Shown in pieces: positions 31,413 to 42,076 of a DNA stretch of 64,000 nucleotides; positions within the stretch are counted from its first letter, which is position 1; each line of letters opens with the position of its first letter. Origin of the DNA: a bacterium (GTDB taxonomy: Bacteria > UBP15 > UBA6099 > JAJRTR01); the NCBI GenBank assembly GCA_024278215.1, contig JAJRTR010000052.1, positions 1 to 64,000 on the forward strand, given 5' to 3'. Under the pieces are notes generated by a model. The model was not told where the DNA came from, did no database searches, and saw only the letters and a program-made list of their open reading frames with translations. Both the position numbers and the translations under genes were made by a program.

Positions 31413-31918
31413 TTATCTACTTTACCCAGTGACTCGACCGCTTCTTTCGCTGCGTGCCTGACGGTTTCGTCTTCGTCGAGAAGCAACCTGCTGATGGGGT
31501 CTATAGCGCGGGGCTCTCCAAGTGCTTCGAGGCTCTTGATAGCTTTTGTCTTCACCCACCAGCTGGGGTGAGACAGGAAACCCACGAGTTCCACCACTTC
31601 ATCATCGGTAAACGGCTGGTCAATGCCGAGTTTCTTCAAAGATTTCTCCGCTTCGCGCCGGACCCTGTGATTAAAATCAAGCAGAAGGTCCTTCAACTTC
31701 TGAACGGCGAGGTCGTCGCTGATTTTTGCAAACAACTTGCAGACATAAATCTTACCCTGCCAGTCGTTGAGTTTCAACTTGCGCAGGAATTGTACTGCTT
31801 CCTTTGAATCCGCGTGACGCTTCAACACGCGCAGCGCATACTCGCGTGTTTCCTTGTCTCCACGGGCGAGATCGCGAAAGAGGTCGTTTTTATTTTCTAT
31901 GCTCAGGGTCACACCCAT
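31409..31918 (-). CDS. HEAT-repeat protein
   Basis: LLDFNHRVRREAEKSL, LLDEDETVRHAAKEAVESL; GGAGG upstream; stop overlaps the uppP start. Confidence 0.82.
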   Translation of the reverse strand: MGVTLSIENKNDLFRDLARGDKETREYALRVLKRHADSKEAVQFLRKLKLNDWQGKIYVCKLFAKISDDLAVQKLKDLLLDFNHRVRREAEKSLKKLGIDQPFTDDEVVELVGFLSHPSWWVKTKAIKSLEALGEPRAIDPISRLLLDEDETVRHAAKEAVESLGKVDK

Positions 31919-32222
31919 AACTGCCTCCCTCCAGTTGATCCTCATCGGCGGCGCGGCTTGCGCCTACGCAAAAAAACCGACAACATCGTCCGTTTATCAA
32001 GTAGATACCCCGGCACCGCATATTTTAAACTCTATATGTTCGGATTGTCTTTTCCTAACCCGGCTGCGCCGGGTCATGTATGATGCTGACTTTTTGCTGT
32101 GCGGGCTCTTCCTTCCCGGGCGGTCTTTCACCTATAATATCGAAAATCGGTTCCACAGGTTTCGAGCAACCGGCACGCCGGTTTCTCGATGCGGAACTAA
32201 TAGGCAAACAAGAGGACTTACG

Positions 32223-32738
32223 ATGAGATTCAAGATGGACCACATATTCAACTGGCCCGCAGAGACGATAGTGGAGCCGCTCAAGAGGGGCGAGGATATT
32301 GTGCCGATGGACAGGTTGCCGAATGTTTCCGCTCGCAAGGTGCTGAGTACCGAGCGAAAAGGCGACAAAATCTTCAGCCGTGTCGAGTGGTGTGTGCATG
32401 GCCAGATTCCCAGGGTTGCGCAGAGGATTATCCGACCGGAGATGCTTACTTTTATCGAGGAATCCGTCTGGGACGACAACGACTTTTCTTTCACGACGAA
32501 AATTATTCCGCATTACCTGAAGGATAAAATCAGATGCAAGACGACCAGCCGTTATCATGTCGACGGCCCGAAGGTGACGCGACGCAGGTTCCAGGGAGAG
32601 CTGAGAATACTGTTGCCGATTATCAACACAGTGGTCGAAAAAGCGATTATCGAACATCTGAAAAAGAACAACGACGAAAACGCCAGGATGCTGCGCAAGA
32701 TACTCGAGGAGCGACACGGCCCCCCACAGAAGGACTGA
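32223..32738 (+). CDS. START/SRPBCC-like protein (DUF2505-like)
   Basis: MRFKMDHIF, IPRVAQRII, TFIEESVWD, GELRILLPII..VVEKAI pattern; GAGGA upstream. Confidence 0.6.
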   Translation: MRFKMDHIFNWPAETIVEPLKRGEDIVPMDRLPNVSARKVLSTERKGDKIFSRVEWCVHGQIPRVAQRIIRPEMLTFIEESVWDDNDFSFTTKIIPHYLKDKIRCKTTSRYHVDGPKVTRRRFQGELRILLPIINTVVEKAIIEHLKKNNDENARMLRKILEERHGPPQKD

Positions 32739-32743
32739 TTGCG

Positions 32744-33616
32744 CTACCACGGCGGTTTGAAGCTTGTGTCGTACCTGATGTTGTCGAGGATGCTCTGCCC
32801 GATGCCTCTGCCCAGTGCGAAGGGAGTCATGGCGAACATCCGGCTGAGGCCGTCGAAAAGTTCTTCTTTGAAATCTTCCACTTCCGCCACAAAAATATGC
32901 TTGAAACGGCCAAGTTTCTCGCATTGTTTTATCGCTGTCTCGCGGCTGCCGAGCCTGTCCACCAGTCCGAGTTTCTTTGCTTCTTCGCCCAGATACAGTC
33001 GACCGGAGGCGAGAGCAGCGATTTTCTTCTTATCGAGACCCCGGTTTCTTGCGACCGACTCGACGAACTTGTCATGTATCTTATTTATGTGTTCCTGTAT
33101 CTGCTTTTTTTCTTTTTCCGTGGTTTTCCTGAATGGAACGCCCATGTCTTTGAACTCGCCCGACTTGAACCCTTCATAGCCGATACCATGCTTTTTCATC
33201 AACCCGGAAAATTCAAGATGAGTGCTGATTACACCTATGCTGCCGATGCCGCTCATGGGGTCGGCCACGATCCTGTCGCAGGCGCTTGCTATCCAGTAGC
33301 CGCCGGATGCAGCGAGGTCCCGCACCCATGCGACCGTGTGCGCCTCGGACGCTGTGACGGCATCGGCGATCTCTTTGCTCGGCAGCACGGAACCGCCGGG
33401 ACTGTTGATCTCAAAAATAATCGCTTTCACGCCGCGACTGTTCGCCCAGTTTATCTTCTGCACTATCCTGTCGGGGTTCACCGCTTTGAACTGGGGAGAG
33501 CGGCTGCCGCCTGGAATGATCGGGCCGCAGATGCGTATCTTTGCAATAACACGGCCTGCCACAGGGGCTGCCAGCATCTTCTGGAAACTCGATATGCTTT
33601 TGCCTTTTCGCGCCAT
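32744..33616 (-). CDS. sppA: Signal peptide peptidase SppA (S49), short form
   Basis: INSPGGS, AASGGYWIAS, GSIGV, KSGEFKDMG, LGLVDRLG. Confidence 0.92.
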   Translation of the reverse strand: MARKGKSISSFQKMLAAPVAGRVIAKIRICGPIIPGGSRSPQFKAVNPDRIVQKINWANSRGVKAIIFEINSPGGSVLPSKEIADAVTASEAHTVAWVRDLAASGGYWIASACDRIVADPMSGIGSIGVISTHLEFSGLMKKHGIGYEGFKSGEFKDMGVPFRKTTEKEKKQIQEHINKIHDKFVESVARNRGLDKKKIAALASGRLYLGEEAKKLGLVDRLGSRETAIKQCEKLGRFKHIFVAEVEDFKEELFDGLSRMFAMTPFALGRGIGQSILDNIRYDTSFKPPW

Positions 33617-33805
33617 ATTTCCACATCACCTTTCACAAGCAGTTCAAGTGTAACAGAGAGCCGTTTTTAAATCAATTGAATTCCAACGATGAAAATGTAA
33701 TAATTAGATAACGCAATCGGCGAAAAAACATAACTATCATCAACGGCAAGCCGGGCACAGCCACCGGACACCGAAAATATGCAGCGAGAGCGACAGATCC
33801 GGTTC

Positions 33806-34228
33806 ATGAAGATTGAAGAAAACGAAGTTTACACAACAAAAGAAGTTGCGCAGATCCTTAAGATAAGCCTTCCAACAGTGAAACGCATGTTGAAGGACGG
33901 CAGGCTGAAGTCCACACGAATCGGACGCCAGCACAGGTTTCTCGGTCGTGAACTGCTTGATATCCTGCGGACCCGCGAAGACTTGAGAAGGCCGGAAGAA
34001 AGAGGCGGCGATGTCGCTGCACCGCAACTGCCCGCCACAGAACTCTCACCTGTCGAGAAGCGACAGCGCGACTACATGCTTGGTCGCAGAGTTGCAAAAA
34101 CCATCTCCGACGACGACGGCAATGTCCTCTTCCCCTCCGGTATGACAGTCAACGAAGACACCATCATAAAAGCCAAACGCCGCCACAGGATGATGGAGCT
34201 CTTTGCCGCTCTCGAACGCGAATCGTAA
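33806..34228 (+). CDS. Excisionase-like helix-turn-helix DNA-binding protein with a C-terminal extension
   Basis: YTTKEVAQILKISLPTVKRMLKDGRLKSTRIGRQHRF. Confidence 0.82.
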   Translation: MKIEENEVYTTKEVAQILKISLPTVKRMLKDGRLKSTRIGRQHRFLGRELLDILRTREDLRRPEERGGDVAAPQLPATELSPVEKRQRDYMLGRRVAKTISDDDGNVLFPSGMTVNEDTIIKAKRRHRMMELFAALERES

Positions 34229-34424
34229 TCATTCTCCACATTGTTTGTATATGCAATTTTTTATCAGTATCCGTTCGCAGATAAACTGTTCGCAACGGAA
34301 CATCTGAAATTCATGGAATGCAAGGACTGTGTCGTTGCAACTGTAAAGAAGTCGCATTTCGCAAAAACTGACGTTTTTGCATTCCAGGATTTTCTGTTAT
34401 CGCCGTTAAACTCGAAATCCGTGT

Positions 34425-34494
34425 GTTGTCATTCTGGGTGAAGCGAAGAATCTCCAGGTGTTTAACGCATTTTTTTCAATGCCCCCAGTGAACA
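34425..34494. repeat. Repeat family E (REP-like)
   Basis: GTTGTCATTCTGGGTGAAGCGAAGAATCTCCAGGTGTTTAACGCATT...; inverse of 14917-14989. Confidence 0.8.
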
Positions 34495-34555
34495 GTTGCC
34501 TTTTCGAAGAACCCGTTAACGGTATTCGGCTGTGATCGGCTTCCTTTATCAACAT

Positions 34556-34672
34556 CTGCGTTGTCGGCGCAAAATCATCCTATTATACAAGTTGCCTGCG
34601 GGGATTTTGCACCTCTGCCTTGCTTCCGAACAATTTCATTCGACCTCGCTACGAACATAATTTTGCAATTGG
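34556..34672. repeat. Repeat family A, reverse orientation, partial
   Basis: GCGTTGTCGGCGCAAAATC...CGAACATAATTTTGCAATTGG. Confidence 0.85.
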
Positions 34673-34769
34673 TGCCTTTGTATTGATGTGCTCGAGTTGT
34701 GCGTCCCGTCCGGCATGGGAACCCTGCCCCCAATGATCTTTTTGTTCGCCTGAAGGCTCCATAATACAC

Positions 34770-34798
34770 AAAAAAAGCCACCTTTAACAGTGGCTTTT
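34770..34798 (-). terminator. Intrinsic terminator after the short flagellin gene
   Basis: Minus strand AAAAGCCAC-TGTTAAAG-GTGGCTTTTTTT. Confidence 0.75.
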
Positions 34799-34828
34799 AT
34801 CATTTCTGTCGCAGAAGATTACGTTATT

Positions 34829-35671
34829 TTATCCGTTCATTCCGAGAAGTTTCAATACACCAAACCCCTGGGCGTTGGACTGCGATAGTGCGGAAAGGCT
34901 AACCTGGTTGAGCAACTGTGCCCTGACCTGACTGGAAATAGTCAAAGCGAAGTCCGTGTCTGCAATTCTTGAGTTTGCGGCGGCGTTATTGATGCGCTGT
35001 GTGTAGAGATCGTTTGTGGCGTACTGGAGCCTGTTTTCTGTGACTCCCAGATCGACTCTTGCGTTGGAAACCTGTTCGAGCGCCGTGTCGATTTCATCTA
35101 TTGCGTTCTGGGAATTAGTCACATTGGAAACGTCGGAAGCGGCGAGCCCCATCGAGTTGGATGTGCTTTCGTCGAGTGTCACGTCAAGCTGCTGGTCAGG
35201 CGAATTGTCGGGGCCGACCTGGGCCGCCTGGGTACCATAAGTGCCGTTGAGCAGGTCTTTAGTGTTGAATTGTGCGGCGTTGCCGGATCTTGTAAGTTCG
35301 CTTTTCAACGACTGGTATTCAGCATCGAGATTTGCCCTGTCTGCATCCGTGAGTGTTGCTTCATTTGATGATCTTACGGCGAGGTCCCTCATTCTTACGA
35401 GTACATCCTGCTGGTTTGCCAGGGTCGAGTCCGCCGTGCGGGTAAGATTTACCGTGTCCTGGGCGTTGTAAACAGCCTGATCGATGCCGCTGATCTGTGA
35501 GCGGAACATCTGGGAAATTGCAAGACCGCTGGGGTCTATTCCTGCATTGATCAGCCTGTTGCCGGAAGATAGTTGTGCGATGTTTTTGTTTATTAGTAGT
35601 GAGTTCACTCTCATCGCATTCATCGCGAATAGTGATGAGGTATTGCCTACGCTTCCTATTCCTAAAGCCAT
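34829..35671 (-). CDS. fliC: Flagellin, minimal (280 aa, D0/D1 only)
   Basis: QLSSGNRLINAGIDPSGLAIS, RMRDLAVRSSN, QFNTKDLLNG, QVGPD, RVDLGVTENRL, NSRIADTDFA. Confidence 0.9.
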   Translation of the reverse strand: MALGIGSVGNTSSLFAMNAMRVNSLLINKNIAQLSSGNRLINAGIDPSGLAISQMFRSQISGIDQAVYNAQDTVNLTRTADSTLANQQDVLVRMRDLAVRSSNEATLTDADRANLDAEYQSLKSELTRSGNAAQFNTKDLLNGTYGTQAAQVGPDNSPDQQLDVTLDESTSNSMGLAASDVSNVTNSQNAIDEIDTALEQVSNARVDLGVTENRLQYATNDLYTQRINNAAANSRIADTDFALTISSQVRAQLLNQVSLSALSQSNAQGFGVLKLLGMNG

Positions 35672-35731
35672 TTTTACCACCGTCCCTGTGTGTTTTTTTC
35701 TCCTCCTGAGATAGCTTTCGTCCTGATATAT

Positions 35732-35760
35732 ATTAAAACATAATAAATGGAATATGTCAA
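35732..35760 (-). promoter_or_regulatory. Sigma70-like promoter of the short flagellin gene
   Basis: Minus strand TTGACA-17 nt-TTTAAT with a TG extended -10, about 60 nt upstream of the ATG. Confidence 0.6.
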
Positions 35761-35841
35761 CCCCTGGTTCAGCGGTGCGGAATGATGGGGAGGGTGAGTG
35801 AGTAGAGGCGTGCCTTGTGTAGTTAGTGCTTGCACAGATAG

Positions 35842-35864
35842 CCCGCATTGGTGAAATATGCGGG
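35842..35864. repeat. Repeat family D hairpin (reverse)
   Basis: CCCGCATTGGTGAAATATGCGGG. Confidence 0.8.
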
Positions 35865-36016
35865 TTAACAATTTCCGGTGACAACATCCTGTCGCTTACG
35901 ACGCGATTAAGAACCTGCCGTATGCGTCGCGAAAATGTTATCATAAAAACTATCTGCATTATTACCCGGAATAGTGTAGAATATCCGGCAGCAACCAGAC
36001 AGGAGCAACTTGATAG

Positions 36017-37681
36017 ATGGACAGAAGTGAAATTGAAAAACTTTTTCCGGCCCTCATCGAAAACACAAATGATGTGATTACGATTATTTCAATTGGGGGC
36101 GATTTGTTATATATCAATTACACCGACTACGGCAACAAAAAGTTGCTGTATAGTGCAGACGACCTGATGGGAGCTTCATGGAAAAAATATATAAAACCGA
36201 TTGCCGGCGGTGTTTCTCTCGATGAAATATTTGAATCTGTAGCCAGAGGGAATGAATGGTACGGGGAAATACCGATGGCAAACGCGGACGGAAGCGAATT
36301 ATTGATTCAATCCCGCTTTTTCCCTATACGAAACGAGAAGAGAGAGACTACCCATATCGGTGGAATGCACAGGGATATTACAACGATAAAGAAGCAGATG
36401 AAATTCTCGGATTTCAGGGTGAAAACAGAAAAAACCATATCGAGGATATCAAAGAGATTCATACCGCCGTTCGACCTGAATGCGGCAATAGATGAATCAC
36501 TCGAGGACATCGGCAGTCTCTTTCAGGTCGACAGAGCATATATTTTCCGCATCGATAATGACTCCTTCACAGCCAGCAACACAAACGAATGGGTAGCGGA
36601 AGGGATAGAGCCGCAGAAAGACAATCTCCAGGATTTCGACATGCGCATGGTGCCGTGGTGGAATGAGTATATAAAAGAAGGCCGTACGGTGAATATATAT
36701 GACGTGTCAACACTGCCCGAAGAGGCGACCGCCGAAAGAGAAATGCTCGAAGCGCAGGGGATAAAATCAATTATCGTTGTGCACTCCCGGCCCGGAAGCG
36801 CGCTGGCCGGTTTCATGGGTCTGGACAGTGTGAAAAGAAAAAGGTACTGGGCCGCCGAAGACGAGACCATGCTGAAGACGGCATGGGAGATAATATCGAG
36901 AGGGATCGAGCATGACAGGGGCGAGACGGAGCGACGCCTGCTTATAGACCATTTGATCGAAACGAAAAAATACGAGGCTGTAGGCAGGCTCGCGGCCGGT
37001 GTCGCTCACGATTTCAACAATCTTATGGCGGTCATCATGGGAAGTGTGTCGCTACTGCGCAACATCGACCTTGCAGGAGATAAAGTCGCCTCGAGATGCC
37101 TGGACGATATTATGGAAGCCTCGGTTTGTGCAAACAGCCTGACCTCAAGCCTTCTCTCCTTTTCCCGGCAGGACAGCCTTCAGATGTTCGATGTCGACAT
37201 CGCGGCACTGGTGACGGAAACATGCAGGCTGGCACGCAGCAACCTGTCTGAAACGATACGAATCGAAGAAACCTTCGAAGAAAGTCTGGAGCAGATATTT
37301 TGCGACCGGAACAGGATTTTCCAGACTATTGTCGCGATATTGCTGAATGCCGGAGACGCGCTTCCGGATGGCGGTCTCATCAGAATAAATGTTTCACATA
37401 CTAAATATAAAAAGTCGAGATCAAGCCCGCATTTTAAAATATCGAAAGGTGATTATCTCAAAATCTCAATATCAGACAACGGGATCGGGATGGATCGTGA
37501 TGTTGCCGAAAAAATATTCGATCCTTTCTTTACAACCAAGGACCCCGACAGAGGCATCGGCCTGGGCCTGTCTCACGCATACGGCGTGGTCAGCGACCAC
37601 AAAGGCGCTATTTTTATCGAGACCGCACCGGGCAGAGGGTCCACGTTCGATGTCCTGCTGCCTTTCGCGACGGGCTGTTAA
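36017..37681 (+). CDS. Cytoplasmic PAS-GAF sensor histidine kinase
   Basis: PAS (EWYGEI...HRDIT), GAF ([19 protein letters not shown]), [25 protein letters not shown]. Confidence 0.92.
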   Translation: MDRSEIEKLFPALIENTNDVITIISIGGDLLYINYTDYGNKKLLYSADDLMGASWKKYIKPIAGGVSLDEIFESVARGNEWYGEIPMANADGSELLIQSRFFPIRNEKRETTHIGGMHRDITTIKKQMKFSDFRVKTEKTISRISKRFIPPFDLNAAIDESLEDIGSLFQVDRAYIFRIDNDSFTASNTNEWVAEGIEPQKDNLQDFDMRMVPWWNEYIKEGRTVNIYDVSTLPEEATAEREMLEAQGIKSIIVVHSRPGSALAGFMGLDSVKRKRYWAAEDETMLKTAWEIISRGIEHDRGETERRLLIDHLIETKKYEAVGRLAAGVAHDFNNLMAVIMGSVSLLRNIDLAGDKVASRCLDDIMEASVCANSLTSSLLSFSRQDSLQMFDVDIAALVTETCRLARSNLSETIRIEETFEESLEQIFCDRNRIFQTIVAILLNAGDALPDGGLIRINVSHTKYKKSRSSPHFKISKGDYLKISISDNGIGMDRDVAEKIFDPFFTTKDPDRGIGLGLSHAYGVVSDHKGAIFIETAPGRGSTFDVLLPFATGC

Positions 37682-37702
37682 AAGAGATCTCCGTTACGGA
37701 GA

Positions 37703-39130
37703 TTATTCGTGATAAATGAGTACAGCGTTGGCGATGCCGCGCTCGGTGCCGCCGGGCAGCTGGTTTATGATTTTATCGCCGATCACGATTTCGCTGGAGC
37801 CGCCGCCGTCGAGGTTTATCGCCTGTATCGAGCCGAGCGAAAGAAGGAATTTCGCGAGTTCGTTGAGGGTCATACCTGCACTGCGAGTGTTTCGTCCCTC
37901 GATCACCACAAAGATAATATGATTGTTGTTTGTAATGCCGCAGGCGGTGCGCGGGTTGCGGTCTGCCACGATACCGGATGAAATCGTGAAATCCTCGACA
38001 AGTTTGTCCTGTATCACACTGTCGTGAATCAGCAGTGGCCCGGCGGAGAAACCATATTTTATATTTTTAAGGTCGGGATAGGACGCGAGTGTGACGACGG
38101 CTTTGTCACCTTTCTTTATCTTGTCAAGGAATTCTTTGTGCGAATCGCCGCCGGTAAGAACGAATCCGTCGATGGGTATGGCCGTATCTCCTTTAGAGAA
38201 GCCCGTAACGATGCCGTTGCGAACGATAACGGCGCGTCGGTCGGCGGCGGAGCCTGTGGTTTTCCCGAATTCGGGGGTGAAGATGGAAAGTCGGCCGATG
38301 CCGCCGGGCCAGTTGAGCCTGTGCACGTACTGAAGGTGCTGATCGCCGACTTTGATGCTAAGGCTCGCGTTGGGGCGCATCATCACGGGCACGCCGTCGA
38401 AGTTCAGACCGAAAAAACCGCGATACCTGTCGGGCAGCATGAGTACTTTGCCGCGCACGACGAGCATGTCTATCGGCGCGCCGGAACTCATGTTGAAGTA
38501 GCCGCCGTTTATGCCGATGGCCGCGCCTTTGCGTTTCACCAGCGACGACAGCTTCTCTTTGCCGCCGAGGCGATCGTCCCCGATTGTCACCGCCAGTTTT
38601 ATCTCCGGCCTGTTGAGATCGAGGTCCAGCACATGCGCCGTCATCGGGCCCGCCTCCGTCATAAACTGCTTGTACGTATAATTTATACCCGGCAGGACTT
38701 CCGTTTTTTCTTCCCGCTCTTCGACCTTTGTCGGTATGTATATCAACACATCGTTCGTGCCTGCGACAGGTGTGATTTTATAAGGAAGAATGTATTTCAG
38801 GTCGAGCACGACCCTTACAGTGGTCGGCTCGGGGCGGCCCACACGGATGCTTTTCAGAATCAAATCCGAATAATCCTTTTTGTAGGGTACGAGTTTTGTG
38901 TCGGAGTCTTTGAAATCGATCACGAGCCGCGGCGGGTCTTTGAGCGTAAAGGCGGCGGGAGTGACCGGGGCGGACGAGAACCGGCAGAGAACAGACATGC
39001 CTTCCGCAGTCGATTTGTTGATTACTTCCCGTAGCCACGGCGCTGCCGACGCGGCGGTCGGAAAAACAAGTACAACCAAAAGAGCCAATTGCAAAAGAAA
39101 AGTAATTGTCGCGTAAACTTTTTTTATCAT
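37703..39130 (-). CDS. AMIN domain plus phosphodiester glycosidase (NAGPA-like) protein
   Basis: Signal peptide; FTLKDPPRLVIDF, VRVVLDL; GINGGYF, AGPLL, NPRTACG, NLDGGGS. Confidence 0.88.
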   Translation of the reverse strand: MIKKVYATITFLLQLALLVVLVFPTAASAAPWLREVINKSTAEGMSVLCRFSSAPVTPAAFTLKDPPRLVIDFKDSDTKLVPYKKDYSDLILKSIRVGRPEPTTVRVVLDLKYILPYKITPVAGTNDVLIYIPTKVEEREEKTEVLPGINYTYKQFMTEAGPMTAHVLDLDLNRPEIKLAVTIGDDRLGGKEKLSSLVKRKGAAIGINGGYFNMSSGAPIDMLVVRGKVLMLPDRYRGFFGLNFDGVPVMMRPNASLSIKVGDQHLQYVHRLNWPGGIGRLSIFTPEFGKTTGSAADRRAVIVRNGIVTGFSKGDTAIPIDGFVLTGGDSHKEFLDKIKKGDKAVVTLASYPDLKNIKYGFSAGPLLIHDSVIQDKLVEDFTISSGIVADRNPRTACGITNNNHIIFVVIEGRNTRSAGMTLNELAKFLLSLGSIQAINLDGGGSSEIVIGDKIINQLPGGTERGIANAVLIYHE

Positions 39131-39227
39131 GTTATCTCCGTGTGCAGTCGTACATCTTTTCTTTGTAGACACGACACCAGTGGACAGTTATCCATATTAT
39201 ATGTTCCGTCTTTCCGAACGACCGGTT

Positions 39228-41141
39228 CTACCAGAGATAATCCTGCCAGCGTGTGACCCTGGGGCGTTGCCAGACGGATTGCGGGTTACGGATATTGCCG
39301 CTGATGTCGCACCTGGCATCATAAGTCGCGAGCGACGATTTATCGGAAGCCGCGATATAGGGGCTCAGACCTGCGAACTCGCGTGCCCGTTCCGGCGACA
39401 GGCGGCCTCGCGCCACCAGTTGCAACTTCCCGTCGTATCCGATCGAGCCGTTGGCGTTTACATCGAAACCGTTGCCGCTTACCGTAGCGCCGGCCACCCG
39501 GATGTTGTGCCGAGAGAACTCGATGCCGACTTCCGCAATGTCGAAATCAAGTGTCTGGTATGAATAATCCACATGTCCGCCGCTGTATGGGTTCGTGACA
39601 TAACCGGAGCGCAATTTGATATTCGCGGTTCCGCCTGAAATTCCGCTGTCGCCGAACGAACCGTAAAGTTTTATTTCGCTCTCGAGCATACCGCTGATTT
39701 TGTTCCTGAGTGAAGGGAAGTACGCCGCGATGTATGAAGCATCCGCGGCATCGAGTGTCAGGCCGAGAGAGAAATCGTTGTCCCCGTTGAGCCCGTTGGC
39801 AGGCAGAGCGCCGCCGATGTCCGCCCAGCCGCCGGCGGACCAGCGTTCGGCTTCTATACTGATACCGGTCAGCCTCAGTCGTTCCTTTCGCGTTTTCAGC
39901 CTTGCCGTTATGCTTTCCACCGGTATCTCGACAATCGTGCCTCGCAGACCGCTCGCCCGTCCGAGTGCCGGCGCAGGCACTTTAAGCGTAACGTGCTCGA
40001 TGCTGATGTTCCCGCTGTCCACAACAGGCTGTCCGCCCGTCAGGCTGCCGCTTACTTTCGCGTAGCCCGATATCGTTCCTTCCGGTGCATACTGGAATCC
40101 CAGTGCATTCCTGAAAAGCCTCTGCATACTCAGGTCGGAAAGCACAAAAGAAAAGTTGTACGGCATAGCTTCATCGGAAAAATCGACATTGCCCGAGCCC
40201 GTTATTCTCTCCGTTCCGACGCCCGCCTTAATATCGGTTATGGCCATCGTCTTTCCTACAAGCGAGAATCTCACGTCCACGTCGCGTGTCGAAACATCAC
40301 CGGAGACAATCGGCTCCGTGTAAGAACCTTCGATGATAAACGAAAACCTGCCCACACCGCCTGGGAAATTGGGCGGATTCCGCTGCTTGCGAAAAAACAT
40401 ATCCTTCATGACATCGCCGAGCGTTGTGAAATCGAAGTTTTCGGAATGGCCCTTGAAATGAAAGCCTTCATCGACACATGGAGCGATATTGCCCTTGAGA
40501 GAAACACGCGATGAGAATGATGTCAGCTCGAGGTCCGCGCCTATCTCAAGTTCCGGAGTGAGCCCCATGACGCCGTCGATCACGGCGAGTTCGAGCGAGT
40601 CCTTCCACGCGACGCCCGGCGGTGGTTCTACCAGCACACGGCCCTTTTTCACTGTTATTCGCGCGGGGAATGAATCCAGAGGCGTGGAAGGATCGCATCC
40701 GGTCGCTCTGTCGAGCCAGTACGAGATGTTGTAGCTGCCGTCCGGTTCCTCATAAATCGTCAGGCGCGGATTTTCGAGAACCACTTCGCGAAGTTTCATT
40801 TTTCCCGCTATCAGCGAAGGGATGTCCGCGGCAAGCAGCACTTTGTCCACAGTCAGGTCGGGCAGTTTCAGTGCGCTGGCCGGTGAAGTGACGCGCACAC
40901 CTTCAAGCACGATTCTCAGGCCCGGTGTTACCGATATTCTCTTCACGCGCAGGTCGCACTTTAGCGAATCCCTTAAAAAAGACACTGCTTCGTCCTGTAT
41001 CCGGTGTGTCAGCAGCCATAGAGCGCCGTATATTGTAATGAAGATTATAAAAACGGCAATGAAGGGACCGGGGTGGCGCCGCAGCCAGTCATATACGGCG
41101 TATCCCATCGAGTTCGCCGCCTGTTTTGAACCTTCCGCCAT
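39228..41141 (-). CDS. AsmA-like beta-strand-rich envelope protein
   Basis: N-terminal TM helix; LREVVLENPRLTIYEEPDGSYNI; alternating beta pattern; C-terminal GSIGYDG and ISGNIRNP. Confidence 0.7.
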   Translation of the reverse strand: MAEGSKQAANSMGYAVYDWLRRHPGPFIAVFIIFITIYGALWLLTHRIQDEAVSFLRDSLKCDLRVKRISVTPGLRIVLEGVRVTSPASALKLPDLTVDKVLLAADIPSLIAGKMKLREVVLENPRLTIYEEPDGSYNISYWLDRATGCDPSTPLDSFPARITVKKGRVLVEPPPGVAWKDSLELAVIDGVMGLTPELEIGADLELTSFSSRVSLKGNIAPCVDEGFHFKGHSENFDFTTLGDVMKDMFFRKQRNPPNFPGGVGRFSFIIEGSYTEPIVSGDVSTRDVDVRFSLVGKTMAITDIKAGVGTERITGSGNVDFSDEAMPYNFSFVLSDLSMQRLFRNALGFQYAPEGTISGYAKVSGSLTGGQPVVDSGNISIEHVTLKVPAPALGRASGLRGTIVEIPVESITARLKTRKERLRLTGISIEAERWSAGGWADIGGALPANGLNGDNDFSLGLTLDAADASYIAAYFPSLRNKISGMLESEIKLYGSFGDSGISGGTANIKLRSGYVTNPYSGGHVDYSYQTLDFDIAEVGIEFSRHNIRVAGATVSGNGFDVNANGSIGYDGKLQLVARGRLSPERAREFAGLSPYIAASDKSSLATYDARCDISGNIRNPQSVWQRPRVTRWQDYLW

Positions 41142-41174
41142 CTAAAGACTGCCTTTCATTTCTCTCACTCCCCT

Positions 41175-41353
41175 GAGCCAATTGCAAAATTATGTTCGAA
41201 GCGAGGTCGAACGAAATTATTCAGAAGCAAGACGGAGGTGCAAAATCCCCGCAGGCGTACTTGCAGAGTACGTTGAGGAAGATTTTGTGCCGACAACGCT
41301 GCTGTTGACAATTGCAGCCGACCGCAGGCGAATCAGAATTCTGCAATCGGCTT
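41175..41353. repeat. Repeat family A, complete copy (179 bp MITE-like)
   Basis: Imperfect terminal inverted repeats GAGCCAATTGCAAAATT / AATTCTGCAATCGGCTT. Confidence 0.9.
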
Positions 41354-41398
41354 CCCTGTATAAGTCATTTTACCTTCGTCACGACGGCAGCAAGCCAT

Positions 41399-42076
41399 TC
41401 ATACCGAAAACGGCCGACCGTATTTCCCGCGCGACGCAATCTTATCGAGCGGTTTGCGCGGTCTCGCCTTCGGCTCATGGTCGGGCACACCGATAGTCAG
41501 CAGTGCGAGCAGATAGACGTCTTCCGGCAGGCCGAGATCGCTTTTCAACTCGGCGTACAAGTCGCTTTTCTTCTTTGCCGTATCGTTGTTGAACGCCCCG
41601 ACAATCGTCATACCGAGCCCCTGGTTGACCGCCTCGATACCCATGAAACCATAGGCTATGCCGAGTTGCTCGAATGTCCGCGCAAGTATCATCGCAGGCC
41701 CGTTCTCGGCAACGCAGAACAGTGGGTCCTCGAGCATCACCTTGTCGATAATCGCTTCGTTGACCTTCATAACGCCCGCCTCGACAAGTTCCATCAGGGC
41801 TTCCTTGTTTTTCGGTTTGTCCCACGCGCTGATGTCGCCGCATACGCCTATAACGACCGGCGCGGCTCCCACGAACTTCTGCCCTTTCGACAGTTTGACC
41901 AGCTTATCCTTTGTTTCACGGTCTTCGATGACCAGAAAATGCCAGGGCTGCACATTTTCCCACGAAGGCGCGCGCCGACCGGCTTCAAGTATTTTCAGTA
42001 TTTTTTCGTCCGGTACTTTTTCGTCCTTGAACTTCCTGATGCTGCGCCATTTCGCAATAGCTTCCGTCGCTTCCAT
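41399..42076 (-). CDS. Nitroreductase family protein
   Basis: WRSIRKF, APSWENVQPWHF, GLGMTIVG, RPRKPL. Confidence 0.92.
   Translation of the reverse strand: MEATEAIAKWRSIRKFKDEKVPDEKILKILEAGRRAPSWENVQPWHFLVIEDRETKDKLVKLSKGQKFVGAAPVVIGVCGDISAWDKPKNKEALMELVEAGVMKVNEAIIDKVMLEDPLFCVAENGPAMILARTFEQLGIAYGFMGIEAVNQGLGMTIVGAFNNDTAKKKSDLYAELKSDLGLPEDVYLLALLTIGVPDHEPKARPRKPLDKIASRGKYGRPFSV

Noticed and set aside
33806-34228. Prophage/ICE excisionase
   Set aside because: No integrase or phage genes nearby; the gene sits among housekeeping genes.
34829-35959. N-terminal extensions in the ORF track (flagellin 376 aa, MBL 337 aa, DUF2505-like 294 aa, hydrolase 404 aa)
   Set aside because: The extensions run through promoters, repeats or neighbouring genes; downstream starts fit domain boundaries better.
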